Source: Acidimicrobiales bacterium (lineage in GTDB: Bacteria > Actinomycetota > Acidimicrobiia > Acidimicrobiales > CATQHL01). From it: a stretch of DNA of 64,000 nucleotides. Positions 27,461 through 36,784 of the stretch are shown here, piece by piece. The notes below the pieces were generated by a model. It saw only the letters and a program-made list of their open reading frames with translations, did not search any database and was not told where the DNA came from. A program made the position numbers and the translations under genes. Position 1 is the first letter of the stretch. Each line of letters opens with the position of its first letter. The DNA is taken from NCBI GenBank assembly GCA_965221525.1, contig CBDCSG010000008.1:775857-839856 (forward strand), written 5' to 3'.

Positions 27461-29754
27461 GTCTCATCGCGTCGCCAACCCAGTGCAATATTCTTGGTAT
27501 TGGTATTGTAGCGCAATTGATTGTCATGGCCCACGAGCAAAAGGACACACTGGGCACGACTGAACGAGACATAGTAGAGCCGTGTTAGATCGTCAAAGGT
27601 ACGGTCCATCGCAGTGCGCTGACCTCTAAGCTCAGCACTGAGATGGGGTTCCATGTCGTCCTCGGCTACCACAACGTTCGATATGTCATCGGGGAATCGC
27701 CTGAATCGATGCATCGGATGATCGGTCCGGAACCGTGTGCCGACATCGACGATGACTAGTGGAAACTCAAGACCTTTGGCTTGATGGATCGTCATCAATT
27801 GCAGCATGTCGCGCGGAACGCTTGGCATAATGTCCTCGTCTACCTGGATTTCATCTAGAGCAATCGGAACGAGAGCATCCCTGATCAAGCTTTGCCTGCT
27901 ACGGATCAAGTGGACTCCTTGATTGTGCCTTCCGTCGTTCTGGAGAAGACGCATTCGATATGGAGAGATGCCAGCTGAACTCGCAACAATCCGAGTAATA
28001 GCTTCTAGCCAAACTTGATGTTCAGGTTCTCGCTGGAATTGAGGGAACCAAGTGACTAGAGCGAATATCAGTTCCAAGACCGGGAAGTCGGCTGGGAAGG
28101 AGCTTGCCACTCCACCCGAAGAAACGTGTTGCCACGCTCCGATGTAGCCACCGAGTCCGTTGCGTTCGGACGGTATCGGATTGGAATCAATGAACAGGTC
28201 GGCTAAATCCCGCCAGCGCGTGAGAGCGGAAAGGGCCTCATTGGTCAACTGGTTGCGTGCCCGCATCTCGTCGACGGTAGAACCCAGAGGATCGATCGCT
28301 AGGAGCAAGAGTCCCAGCAGACATCCAACGTCGTCAATTGTCCGAAGCGCTTGACCTCTCGGATTGAAGATGCGTAACCCACGCCTGTGCATCTGCTCTC
28401 TCAGCAGGCTTGGAAATCGAACGATTAGGTCGCCGTTGAAACGATTATAGTCGAGCTCATTCACTGAGTGAGATAGGAAAACGACATCGCCCAAGTCCCC
28501 ACCATCGGGGAGTACGAGTTCCTCGTCGCAATCATCAAGATGCACGGCTCGTTCTTGGGTAAGTGTCCCAAGAAACTTGGCTAGATCACGTGCGAGCAAC
28601 TGCTCATCGCCGCGAAACATACCTAGGACTGGTATCCTGCCGGATTGTCTCGTTGCGAGTACTGGAGCCTTGCCGGGCTGTACGCGGGCTGTCTGATATC
28701 CGGGATCCGCTGAGATGTGCGCGTTTACGAATTCAATGATCTCAGGACGGGAACGAAAGTTCCGGGTCAGGTCGACTCGGCGAGGTGTCCGGTCGGTGGC
28801 AGCATGACACCGTGACGCAAACTCCGTGAACAACTCAACGGATCCACCCCTAAATCTGTACATCGCCTGGTCGTCGTCGCCAACGACTGTCCCGGATAGC
28901 GCGGGATTGCGTAAGAGGTGAAAGTAGATCGCCTCCTGAAGTGGGTTGGTGTCCTGGTATTCGTCTATGAGAACAGCTCGGAGATCCGTGAGCCAATTGT
29001 CCAAGGCTTCTGCTTGAAGTCGGTTCAGGAATTGCTCTTCGAGCAGTGAGAAGTCGAAGAGGTTTGTGCGAGATGCCTCGTCCTTGTGGTCAAACAACAT
29101 GTCGACGACTGTGGCCTCTGCCTCACCTTCTGCTGCATAGCTGTCCAGATCGACACGGTCTTGGATAAGGCGCTCCAAGAGGCGCTTGGTCTCTCCTAGG
29201 GCTGCTGCTTGATTGCGAGGCGGACGGCCGTCGAAAGAGTGCCGCGCTAACAATGCGGCAATAGCGTCTCGTCTGGTGTAGTAGTGGCGTGCGAATGCTC
29301 CGCGTCGAAGAATCAGGAGGCTCGTGGCTGGGTCGGTGACGCCGGGCGGAGTCGTGCCGAGTTCGCGGAATTCTGTAAGCACGCTATGGATGGTGCTATC
29401 CAAGGTGTCGATTCTGCACCTGTTCAAGTCGACATGATCAAGATCATGCTGCTGAGAAAGCTCCTTATGCAAGGTGCCGCCCCAATCCAACCAGCGGCTG
29501 CGGAGTTCACGAGCGGCTCTCCGCGTGAACGTTGTCATCAGAATGCTCTCAGGTAGGAGATTGTCGACGTAGACGAAGTGAAGGGCTCTCAGTACAAGGA
29601 CACTCGTCTTGCCCGACCCCGGCCCCGCCACGAGATGAAGAATCGGATCAAGCCCCTGCGTGATCGCCTCAGCCTGGGCCCGGTTCCCTGGATCCCGAAG
29701 ATTGCGCCCTAGAGTCTCGTCAATGAGCGCGAGGAAGTCGATACTACTAATCAT
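27388..29754 (-). CDS. UvrD/Rep-family SF1 helicase
   Basis: AGPGSGKTS, TFTRRAAREL, VLIDEYQDTNP, VGDDDQAMYRFRGG, TIHQAKGLEFPLV, YYVSFSRAQ. Confidence 0.8.
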   Translation of the reverse strand: MISSIDFLALIDETLGRNLRDPGNRAQAEAITQGLDPILHLVAGPGSGKTSVLVLRALHFVYVDNLLPESILMTTFTRRAARELRSRWLDWGGTLHKELSQQHDLDHVDLNRCRIDTLDSTIHSVLTEFRELGTTPPGVTDPATSLLILRRGAFARHYYTRRDAIAALLARHSFDGRPPRNQAAALGETKRLLERLIQDRVDLDSYAAEGEAEATVVDMLFDHKDEASRTNLFDFSLLEEQFLNRLQAEALDNWLTDLRAVLIDEYQDTNPLQEAIYFHLLRNPALSGTVVGDDDQAMYRFRGGSVELFTEFASRCHAATDRTPRRVDLTRNFRSRPEIIEFVNAHISADPGYQTARVQPGKAPVLATRQSGRIPVLGMFRGDEQLLARDLAKFLGTLTQERAVHLDDCDEELVLPDGGDLGDVVFLSHSVNELDYNRFNGDLIVRFPSLLREQMHRRGLRIFNPRGQALRTIDDVGCLLGLLLLAIDPLGSTVDEMRARNQLTNEALSALTRWRDLADLFIDSNPIPSERNGLGGYIGAWQHVSSGGVASSFPADFPVLELIFALVTWFPQFQREPEHQVWLEAITRIVASSAGISPYRMRLLQNDGRHNQGVHLIRSRQSLIRDALVPIALDEIQVDEDIMPSVPRDMLQLMTIHQAKGLEFPLVIVDVGTRFRTDHPMHRFRRFPDDISNVVVAEDDMEPHLSAELRGQRTAMDRTFDDLTRLYYVSFSRAQCVLLLVGHDNQLRYNTNTKNIALGWRRDETWSWQQPHDHRRPPVTVSTPFLEI

Positions 29755-31492
29755 CCCGAGAACCCCGTCCGATCTGACTGTAAAGCATCAACGTGTTGTG
29801 TGCCCCTCGCCTTCGATTGCGATTCGCGCCGCGAAAGATCGCAATGTGGATACCAATGTCCCTACAGAAGTTGCAATCGCAGTGGCGCCAAGGTCGTTCT
29901 AGTAGGGTCCGGTGGTATCTGCTCCGCATCGATTGGGTCTCGCTGCGTCTAGCCAAGTTGCTGTCGTAGCTCAGTAGTGCGTCCAGCACGAAACGAAGCG
30001 GTACTTCCTCCCTGTCGTACTGACAGAGCAGTCTGAGAACATCGCGTTCCTCTTGCCTTACTGTGTCAAGATCGGCATTGACCTCTTCTAATCGCCGCAG
30101 GACACGGCCATCCGTGGTCATTGGAACGCGCAACGCCGCGTACCATTCGCCTCTTGCGCTCAGATAGTTCTGATCGGAGCGTAGCCATGCCTTACGAAAG
30201 TATGTGGCGCTGTCAAAACTGTCCACCTTGAGTTCTCGGAAGAGGCTCTGCAGCTTCGGCCGGAAAATGCCGAAGAGATGAATCCATGGGCGTTGAGGCA
30301 GTCTTTCCGCAGCCGCTATCACACTCATGACAATGTCACGTATTGCTTTGTCGGGCAGAGGCACGAGGGCACCAACGGCCATGTGGCGGTAGCCGAGATC
30401 ATGATAGTGGTATACGGAGCTTGCGTAGTCGTCAGGGTCAAGCCCGTGCAAGATGCCGACGGGCGTGAATTGTGCCTTTCGCTGCCTTGTCGCTGCAATA
30501 AACCTCTCTGCATTCTGGCGCGTAATCCTGATTCGTTCAGATCGCTCATCGGATGAGAGCGGGATCTTCCTCCCGCCCCTCGTGATTGTCGCAACAGGCA
30601 TATGGTCCACTGACGCACCAAAATCGAATCCGTATGACTCGTATAATGCCACCGCGTTGTCGACTTCGAGAGTTGGATAGTCCTCGTTGACGTAGCTAAA
30701 CGCTCCGCAATCGCCGAAGAGATATTGATCCTCCTTCAGGCCGAAGTGTTGCCGAATCGGTGGTGGCGCGAGGGCAGTCTTCTCAGTACCTTCTGGCCTT
30801 CGGAGGAGACCTTTCTGTGCTTGACATTGGGCAAGACTGAGGAGAATGCCGTCTGCGATTCTTGCTGGTCTGATTAGGTCGGCGCAGTGTCGATCAACCC
30901 GTTCTGCCCGCGTGGGGGCCGAGAACCTGTCGGCCTCGAAGTCGAAATAGGGGTCCAGTAGGTCATCCCAATCCGGCAAGAAATACAGATACTTGCCACT
31001 ACCCCCCCTCATGTGGAGCTTCGCTCGACGTATGGCGTGTGAGTGTTCGAGGAAAGTCTTGACTTGAGACAGCTTCTCGCCGATTGCGCCGGCGAAGATT
31101 GTCGGGGTTATGGCAATCTTATCGAGCGCCGGGTGGATAGCGGGCAAGTAATCTCGCCCGAGTGCGATATCAATCGTGGTATGGGTGTCAGCCCATTTTG
31201 TGAGCACCCTCGAGCATTCGTTGGCTCGAGCGGTAGCTGTCTGCCGATCCATCCTCTTGTCGTAGTTGGGGATGCGCTTGAAGATGCCGAACAATCCGTG
31301 CTCCGCGGAGAGGACACCGACAGACACGTTGGTAGGCCAGTGATGTTCTCTCAAGAACTTCCGCAAGACTCGATACGCTGGCCCGTCATAGCGATCAAGG
31401 GCGGGCAGGAGTCCTGCGGAATCTCGCTTGAGGTCCGAGCAGCCAAGAATGAGCAGCTTCTGACCGTCCGATGGGGCGCACGATGTTGGCAT
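29747..31492 (-). CDS. Fusion of a DUF6884-like N-domain with a tRNA-guanine transglycosylase (TGT)/DpdA-like domain
   Basis: N-terminus LLILGCSDLKRDSAGLLPALDRYDGPAYRVL. TGT-like GDCGAFSY (compare DSGGFQ), IHLFG, DSFDSATY. Zn motif HCDCNFC...GAHN (CxCxxC...H). AAGGAAA RBS. 8-nt overlap with the helicase start. Confidence 0.55.
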   Translation of the reverse strand: MPTSCAPSDGQKLLILGCSDLKRDSAGLLPALDRYDGPAYRVLRKFLREHHWPTNVSVGVLSAEHGLFGIFKRIPNYDKRMDRQTATARANECSRVLTKWADTHTTIDIALGRDYLPAIHPALDKIAITPTIFAGAIGEKLSQVKTFLEHSHAIRRAKLHMRGGSGKYLYFLPDWDDLLDPYFDFEADRFSAPTRAERVDRHCADLIRPARIADGILLSLAQCQAQKGLLRRPEGTEKTALAPPPIRQHFGLKEDQYLFGDCGAFSYVNEDYPTLEVDNAVALYESYGFDFGASVDHMPVATITRGGRKIPLSSDERSERIRITRQNAERFIAATRQRKAQFTPVGILHGLDPDDYASSVYHYHDLGYRHMAVGALVPLPDKAIRDIVMSVIAAAERLPQRPWIHLFGIFRPKLQSLFRELKVDSFDSATYFRKAWLRSDQNYLSARGEWYAALRVPMTTDGRVLRRLEEVNADLDTVRQEERDVLRLLCQYDREEVPLRFVLDALLSYDSNLARRSETQSMRSRYHRTLLERPWRHCDCNFCRDIGIHIAIFRGANRNRRRGAHNTLMLYSQIGRGSRDD

Positions 31493-31700
31493 GGTTTCCT
31501 TTGTCAGATGGTGTCTGCAAGCGGGACGGCGGATCTGCGAATGCCCAACGACCCGCCGGCTTCTGGCACCGGCCCAGCGTTGACATCCTCAGTGTGGCAG
31601 ACACCTGTGACAAGTGGTCTGTGGGGGGACGCGCAGCATAGCGATCCCGAGCGGTCTCGGGAGATGACTGACGTGGTGTTGGAGTAGTGCGCGGATGAGG

Positions 31701-31985
31701 TCAGTCCGATCGATGCCACGCGTGCGGCGCGAGGAAGGCACGGAGGTGACCTGCGACGGAGTTCGGCTGGCCAATCGGGATGAGGGTTCGGTTGTCGTCG
31801 ATCCACACGAGTTCGGTGTTCTGGAAGTGGTCGGCGAGTCGTTCGGCGTGGGTGGGGCATGATCTTGTCTTCTCGTGCCCAGATGACGAGGACCGGGCTG
31901 GCGAAGGCGCACTGCTGGGCGGCCCAGTCGAGCAGCAGCAGGGGTCCCGGGACGTTGCGGAGGTACTTGGGCGAGATCGCGGCGG
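31701..31985 (-). pseudogene. Alpha/beta-hydrolase C-terminal fragment
   Basis: THAERLADHFQNTELVWIDDNRTLIPIGQP...HLRAFL is near-identical to 33785-34006. The upstream part is out of frame. Confidence 0.6.
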
Positions 31986-31989
31986 ACCT

Positions 31990-32162
31990 TGGGGTGGTGG
32001 CGCCGAGACGGTCGGCATGTCGGTGAGCTTCGACTTAGAGTCGTCCTGGGCCATCGTCAGCAGGAATCGTCGGTCCACCTCCGAGAGCGTCTTCCGGGTG
32101 GGGGCGAAGGCCATCCGGCCGATACGCCACTCGCGGATCTCCTCGACGTCGCCACTTTGCAT
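31990..32162 (-). pseudogene. Fragment of an HTH-containing regulator/ATPase gene
   Basis: TLSEVDRRFLLTMAQDDSKSKLTD matches the fuller fragment at 39214-39480. Confidence 0.45.
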
Positions 32163-33243
32163 CTGGTCGATGGTGATCAGCAGGCCCGTCTCGTGCTCGG
32201 CGAGCGCGTCGCCGAGATCGGGCAGGGCTCCCCTGTAGCCGTTGGCGGGCTTTAGGAGTTTTGTGAGCTTTAGTCGTTTTGTCAGCTTTAGTAATTTGGC
32301 TCTGGACTCGCCCGTGGGTTCCTCACGATCAGCGGCAACTCGGGGGCTGGGCGCAGTGGGTGGGTTCGGGGACTGTCCACCGGTCTGATGCGATTACGCG
32401 AGGTAGCGCGCCTCGCCGGGCCGGGGGAACCCCACCGAGCACCCGGTTCGTCCCGTACCCGGGATGGATCCCTCGTCGCCTGCGCCCGCAAGGCGCTCGC
32501 GCGGGCGGGCGGTCTACAGGAGGAAGAACGATGAGCCGAGCGGAGACCCGGCCGTGGGACGCGGCCGACCATCTGGAGACCACCGGGGGCATGGTCGCCT
32601 ACCTGGAGGCGGCTCTGGAGCAGGACGATCCCAGGTCGTGGCGGCCGTGGTCGGTGACATCGCCCGAGCACAGGGGATGACCAAGGTTGCCCCCGAGGCC
32701 GGGCCGGGCGGGGAGAGCCTCGACAGGTGAGCTCTGAGTTCAGCCCAGCGGGCGCGGGCCTGGCGGTGGGGTTCGGTGGCTGCCGATTCGTCCAGAACCT
32801 CAAGACGCACTGTGCCCGAGGCGGCCAGTCGGGCGATCACAGCGGGGAGTTCCTCCCAGGGTGTCTCGACAATGGCGGGACCGGCGCGCAGGACCTCCAG
32901 CACGGCGACCTCCTCTGGTGTGAGCGAGTGGACCAGCCGATCGATCGGGCGCTGTGTGAAGCGCACTCCCGGACAGGGTCCTGGCGCTCGGCCGGGCACC
33001 GCGGCGAGGAACGTCGCCGGAACCTGCGACGTGAGGCCCAGCCAATTCGCCGCTGTGACCCCGGCGGGACCCGAGCCCCGCCCACCGAGTCGGAGAGCGA
33101 CCTCGTCGATTCTGGGCGGCGACATGCCCAGTGGCGTCGTTGTCCCCTTCCAGTACAGGCCCTTGCGGACTCGCAAGACGTCGCCGGCGGCGCACAGGCG
33201 GCAGAACGCCGACTCGACAGCGCTGCGCGACCCGCCGACGTCG
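32015..33243. repeat. Left copy of a ~1.23-kb direct repeat (HTH fragment, higA-like, abiEi/DUF6088-like)
   Basis: Aligns by eye with 39335-40566 with few substitutions. Confidence 0.8.
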
Positions 33244-33296
33244 GAGTTGAGACGGCGCCTTGTCGACGTCGTATGGCGGTTGCTCTGCGGCCGCAA
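32514..33296 (-). pseudogene. AbiEi/DUF6088-like antitoxin-domain gene, probably 5-prime truncated
   Basis: SAVESAFCRLCAAGDVLRVRKGLYWKG...AANWLGLTSQVP. Weak TTG start. The stop used by copy B is lost (ctac to cgac). Confidence 0.5.
32531..32730 (+). pseudogene. HigA-family antidote-like gene, frameshifted and truncated
   Basis: AGGAGGAAG RBS then ATG 32531. MSRAETRPWDAADHLET.... A 1-nt deletion near 32630 relative to copy 39851-40054. Confidence 0.6.
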
Positions 33297-33399
33297 TTGT
33301 GTATTACGATATTGACGTGTGGAGATTCACCGGTCTGCGTACAAGCACGGCCTCGGGGACGAGGAGATCCTCCATGCGATCCGGCCCGGAGGAATCTCG

Positions 33400-33681
33400 A
33401 TGAGCGGCGCTGACGTTCGCCGGACTCGCAGTGGTCGTGTCCTGACCGACGAGGAACTCGACGCTCTTGCCGCCGAGGTGGAGAAGGCCGACTACGACGT
33501 CGAGGCGCTCAAGGGACGCCGGCGCGGTCGGCCGGCGATGGGTTCGGCGCCGGCGTCGGTCGTGCCGGTGCGGCTCGCTCCGGAGATGCGCGCGGCGATC
33601 GAGTCCCGGGCCGCCGCCAACGACACCACCACGAGTGAGATCATCCGCGAGGCGCTCCGCCGCTTCCTCGAGGTCGCCTGA
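33400..33681 (+). CDS. Ribbon-helix-helix (CopG-like) antitoxin-type protein
   Basis: GGAGGAA RBS then ATG 33400. ...GRPAMGSAPASVVPVRLAPEMRAAIESRAAANDTTTSEIIREALRRFL. Confidence 0.55.
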   Translation: MSGADVRRTRSGRVLTDEELDALAAEVEKADYDVEALKGRRRGRPAMGSAPASVVPVRLAPEMRAAIESRAAANDTTTSEIIREALRRFLEVA

Positions 33682-33784
33682 CCTCTAGCGGTGGCTCTGG
33701 CGTGGTCGCCGGGCGGCGCGGCCAGCCACTCCACGGGCACGCCGCGAAGCGTTTGTGCTCGTAGGCGCTTGGACTTCGCTGGCG

Positions 33785-34433
33785 TCAGGTGCGCGTGGCG
33801 AGGAAGGCGCGGAGGTGGTCGGTCAGGAGTTCAGGTTGGTCGATGGGGATGAGGGTGTAGCTGTCGTCGATCCACACGATTTGCGTGTTCTGGAAGTGGT
33901 CGGCGAGTCGTTCGGCGTGGGTGGGGGGCATGAGTTTGTCTTCTCGTGCCCAGATGATGAGGACCGGGCCGGCGAAGGTGCGCTGCTGGTCGGCCCAGGC
34001 GAGCAACTGCTGGGGTTTGGGGACGTTGCGGAGGTACTTGGCGAGGTCGCGGCGGACCTTGGGGTCTTGGCGCAGCGGACCGATCCAGCTCCTGAAGAGG
34101 TCCTCGGGAACCCGCTGCTTGGACAGGGCGCCGAAGAGGGAAGGGGTCGTTGCAGACCACGGTGACCTGGTGCAGGTCCAGTTCGGCGAGGAACTCGGCG
34201 AGGCTGGTGGCGAGCGCCGGGAGGGAGAGGTCGGCGTCGTCGGGCATCGGCGTGGTGTGCGCGCCGAACGGCAACTCCGGGACGACGCAGCGGTAGCGAT
34301 CCCCGAGGCCGGCGACGACAGCGTCCCACAGGGTGCCGTTCATCAACACCCCGTGCAGCAACACCACCACCGGCCCGTCGCCGCCGGTGTCGGAATACAT
34401 GAGGCCGGCGGTCGTCGGCCCCTCCAGCTGCAT
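33785..34433 (-). pseudogene. Alpha/beta hydrolase with frameshift and internal deletion
   Basis: N-terminal part (...VVVLLHGVLMNGTLW...VTVVCND) and C-terminal part (LLAWADQQRTFAGPVLIIWAREDKLMPP...) are in different frames. Total length is shorter than usual for the fold. Confidence 0.65.
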
Positions 34434-34508
34434 CCCTGGACCCCCTCGCTGTCGGGGCGTGATGGCGTGTGAACATCTGGGGGTCACCACCGGTATTCGC
34501 TGGCGCGG

Positions 34509-35132
34509 TCAGGACTTGAGATAGTTCGTGTCGTCCCGCACATAGCCGAATCGTCGTTCGTCCAGTTGGTGATTCCAGAGGGGTCGAGCTGGGACGCGCA
34601 GCGGCCATTGCCGAGAGCCGGGCCCTACCCATGTGGCCGTCTCGACTCGCCGACCAGCCTCGAGGGCGACCTCAATCGCCGGGATCAGGTCGGTATCAGC
34701 CGATACGACGACGGCGACGTCGTATCGGTCGTCTCGGGCGCCCAGAGCGACGTCAAGGGCGATGAGTACATCAATGCCCTTTTCCTCGCCGCGCCACTCG
34801 GACGGAGCCCCGGAAGACCAGGCAATCGGCTGGTAGCGGAGCGGTCGGGTCCTGACCGTGAGCAGTGGCATTTGCTTCCACGCGTCGACCTGGCGGGCGA
34901 AGGCCGCCTGCAGGTTCCGATGGCTCTTCGAGCCGGGCTGGCCCCGGTACACCGTCACACTGGTCAACTCACGGTTCGGGTCGACCTCCTCGCCAAGTTG
35001 AGTGAGGAGTACGCCCAGCCTCAACGGGTTGACGTGTCCCATCGTCGGCGGGGCGGTTCGTGGGCTGCCGAAGACCTCTCGTGCCCCGTGATAGACGTTC
35101 TGGTAGTCAATGAACACCGCGACGCGCGTCAT
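34509..35132 (-). CDS. NYN (LabA/DUF88-like, PIN-related) domain protein
   Basis: VAVFIDYQNVYHGA...EKGIDVLIALDV...VVVSADTDLIPAIE. Confidence 0.7.
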   Translation of the reverse strand: MTRVAVFIDYQNVYHGAREVFGSPRTAPPTMGHVNPLRLGVLLTQLGEEVDPNRELTSVTVYRGQPGSKSHRNLQAAFARQVDAWKQMPLLTVRTRPLRYQPIAWSSGAPSEWRGEEKGIDVLIALDVALGARDDRYDVAVVVSADTDLIPAIEVALEAGRRVETATWVGPGSRQWPLRVPARPLWNHQLDERRFGYVRDDTNYLKS

Positions 35133-35257
35133 TGGCTCATCACCTCACCCCGAAACGATAAGCCCCGCCATTCCCGGCGAGCCGGGAAGGCGGGGAGGAA
35201 TGTCAGCATCTTATCGACTCGACGTAGTTCTGCAAGTGGTTTCTGCTGGGCTCCTCC

Positions 35258-36784
35258 TCATGAGCGTTGCCACGGCAGATGCCCGGGTGGCCTGTCCAAC
35301 CATCGGTAGACCGCCTGGGTTCTGTCGTCGATCCAGCGGCGCAGGCGCACGCGGGCGCCCCGACACGAGGCCCGTTCCCGCTGTCGTTCCGCTTCCATGT
35401 GGCGGTCGGTGAGTGTTGCGCGGCGGTCGCCGACGCCTTCGGTTGGCTCGACCGGGCAGTGCGACCGCGTTGTACCGCCGACGTGTTCGAGGAGGTGTGT
35501 GCTGAGTCCGTACCTGAGGGGGCCAGGGTCTCCGACGCCTCCGGGACCAACGCTGAAGCTGGTGTACTGCGCCAGCAGACCAGCGGAGACGCTTGCCGAC
35601 AGTGTCGCGACGTTCTGACCCCGTGGTGGCGCTGACCGGTCCATCTGGGCGATGTATTCGGGATCGTCGAGGAGTCCTTCTTTGTCGGGCAGCACGAGGC
35701 TGAGGTCGAGTTGGCCGTTGCAGCTCATGCAGGGTCGACCGGGCCGGATGACGTGGGTTCGCCATGTGGCGTTGCGCATGGTTCCGTCGTCGAGGGTGTC
35801 GATCGCGATGCCGCCGTCGAGGACGGGGATGAGGTCGCTGTAGGCCAAGGCGTTGAGAACGGCTCGAGGCCAGGGGCGGTCGACGCAGCAGAAGATCAGA
35901 TCGTGGTCGAGCGCCAGTTGCTGGCCGGCGGGCTCGCAGATGGAGAGGTCTGAGGTTTCGATTTTCGGATCGGCGTCGGTTGCCGCGGCGAGCGCTTGGC
36001 GGCGCGCGACGTGGATCTTCGGCCGCACTAGGTGCGCGTCGCGGGGGGTGGCGCCAATGAGCCGGTCGAGGTTGCGGTCCTCGACGAGGTCGAAGTCCAT
36101 GACGGTGAGATGGCGGACGCCGGAGGCAGCGAGCCGGACGACGACATCGAGGCCGACGCTGCCGGCGCCGACGACGAGGATGCGGCGCCGCGCCAAGTCG
36201 GCCTGACAACGGTCACCCCACGCGCTCACCGTGCGGATCTGGCGGTGTGTCGTCATCGGCGGCGGGACCAGGGTGTCGTTCCAGGAGACGGAGAGTTGGT
36301 CGCCGACGACCCGGACGTTCGTGGCATGGGTGCAGTCGACGTCTTGTCCCGCTCCGCGGTTCCAATGCCGGGCCGACCACGTTGTGTCACCGGTGGCCAG
36401 GGTCATGCCCACGAGGGGCAGACCGGTGAATTCGCGGGCGAGGCTTGCGTAGCTCGCTTCGGCGATGCGGTCGGGTCCGCTCATCGGCTGCCACCGCGTG
36501 GCGTTGGGATGGCTGTGCAGCAGAACCAAACCGCAGCCTTTCGCTCGGGCAATGCCGGCACCGCGCAAGACGTAGTTGCCGGTAACCGTGGCATTTCCAT
36601 GGACGTGGCGTTCTCCGGGCTCGGGCACGATCACCGAGGTGATCAGGGCGGTGCGGCGTGTGGTGCCGGTCGACGATCGATAGGTCGCCAGGCAGAGGTC
36701 TTCCTGACCGTCGGGGCGCACGAGCCGATCCAGCAGGTGCCGTTCGGTTGCTGCGGTCATGGCGACCGAGGTGCTGGTCGTCAC
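35258..36784 (-). CDS. JAB/MPN metallopeptidase fused to an E1-like ThiF/MoeB adenylyltransferase
   Basis: JAMM motif LLHSHPNATRWQPMSGPD. Rossmann motif ILVVGAGSVGLDVVVRLAASG. GTG 36784 overlaps the E2 stop (GTGA); the ORF track starts at 36826. Confidence 0.7.
   Translation of the reverse strand: MTTSTSVAMTAATERHLLDRLVRPDGQEDLCLATYRSSTGTTRRTALITSVIVPEPGERHVHGNATVTGNYVLRGAGIARAKGCGLVLLHSHPNATRWQPMSGPDRIAEASYASLAREFTGLPLVGMTLATGDTTWSARHWNRGAGQDVDCTHATNVRVVGDQLSVSWNDTLVPPPMTTHRQIRTVSAWGDRCQADLARRRILVVGAGSVGLDVVVRLAASGVRHLTVMDFDLVEDRNLDRLIGATPRDAHLVRPKIHVARRQALAAATDADPKIETSDLSICEPAGQQLALDHDLIFCCVDRPWPRAVLNALAYSDLIPVLDGGIAIDTLDDGTMRNATWRTHVIRPGRPCMSCNGQLDLSLVLPDKEGLLDDPEYIAQMDRSAPPRGQNVATLSASVSAGLLAQYTSFSVGPGGVGDPGPLRYGLSTHLLEHVGGTTRSHCPVEPTEGVGDRRATLTDRHMEAERQRERASCRGARVRLRRWIDDRTQAVYRWLDRPPGHLPWQRS

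Noticed and set aside
32240-32300. A/T-rich run with CTTTAG repeated three times (GGGCTTTAGGAGTTTTGTGAGCTTTAGTCGTTTTGTCAGCTTTAGTAATTTGG), also present at 39575-39625.
   Set aside because: It may be an old promoter or operator for the higA-like gene. It lies ~230 nt upstream of that ATG inside a duplicated junk mosaic, and I found no clear -35/-10 pair.
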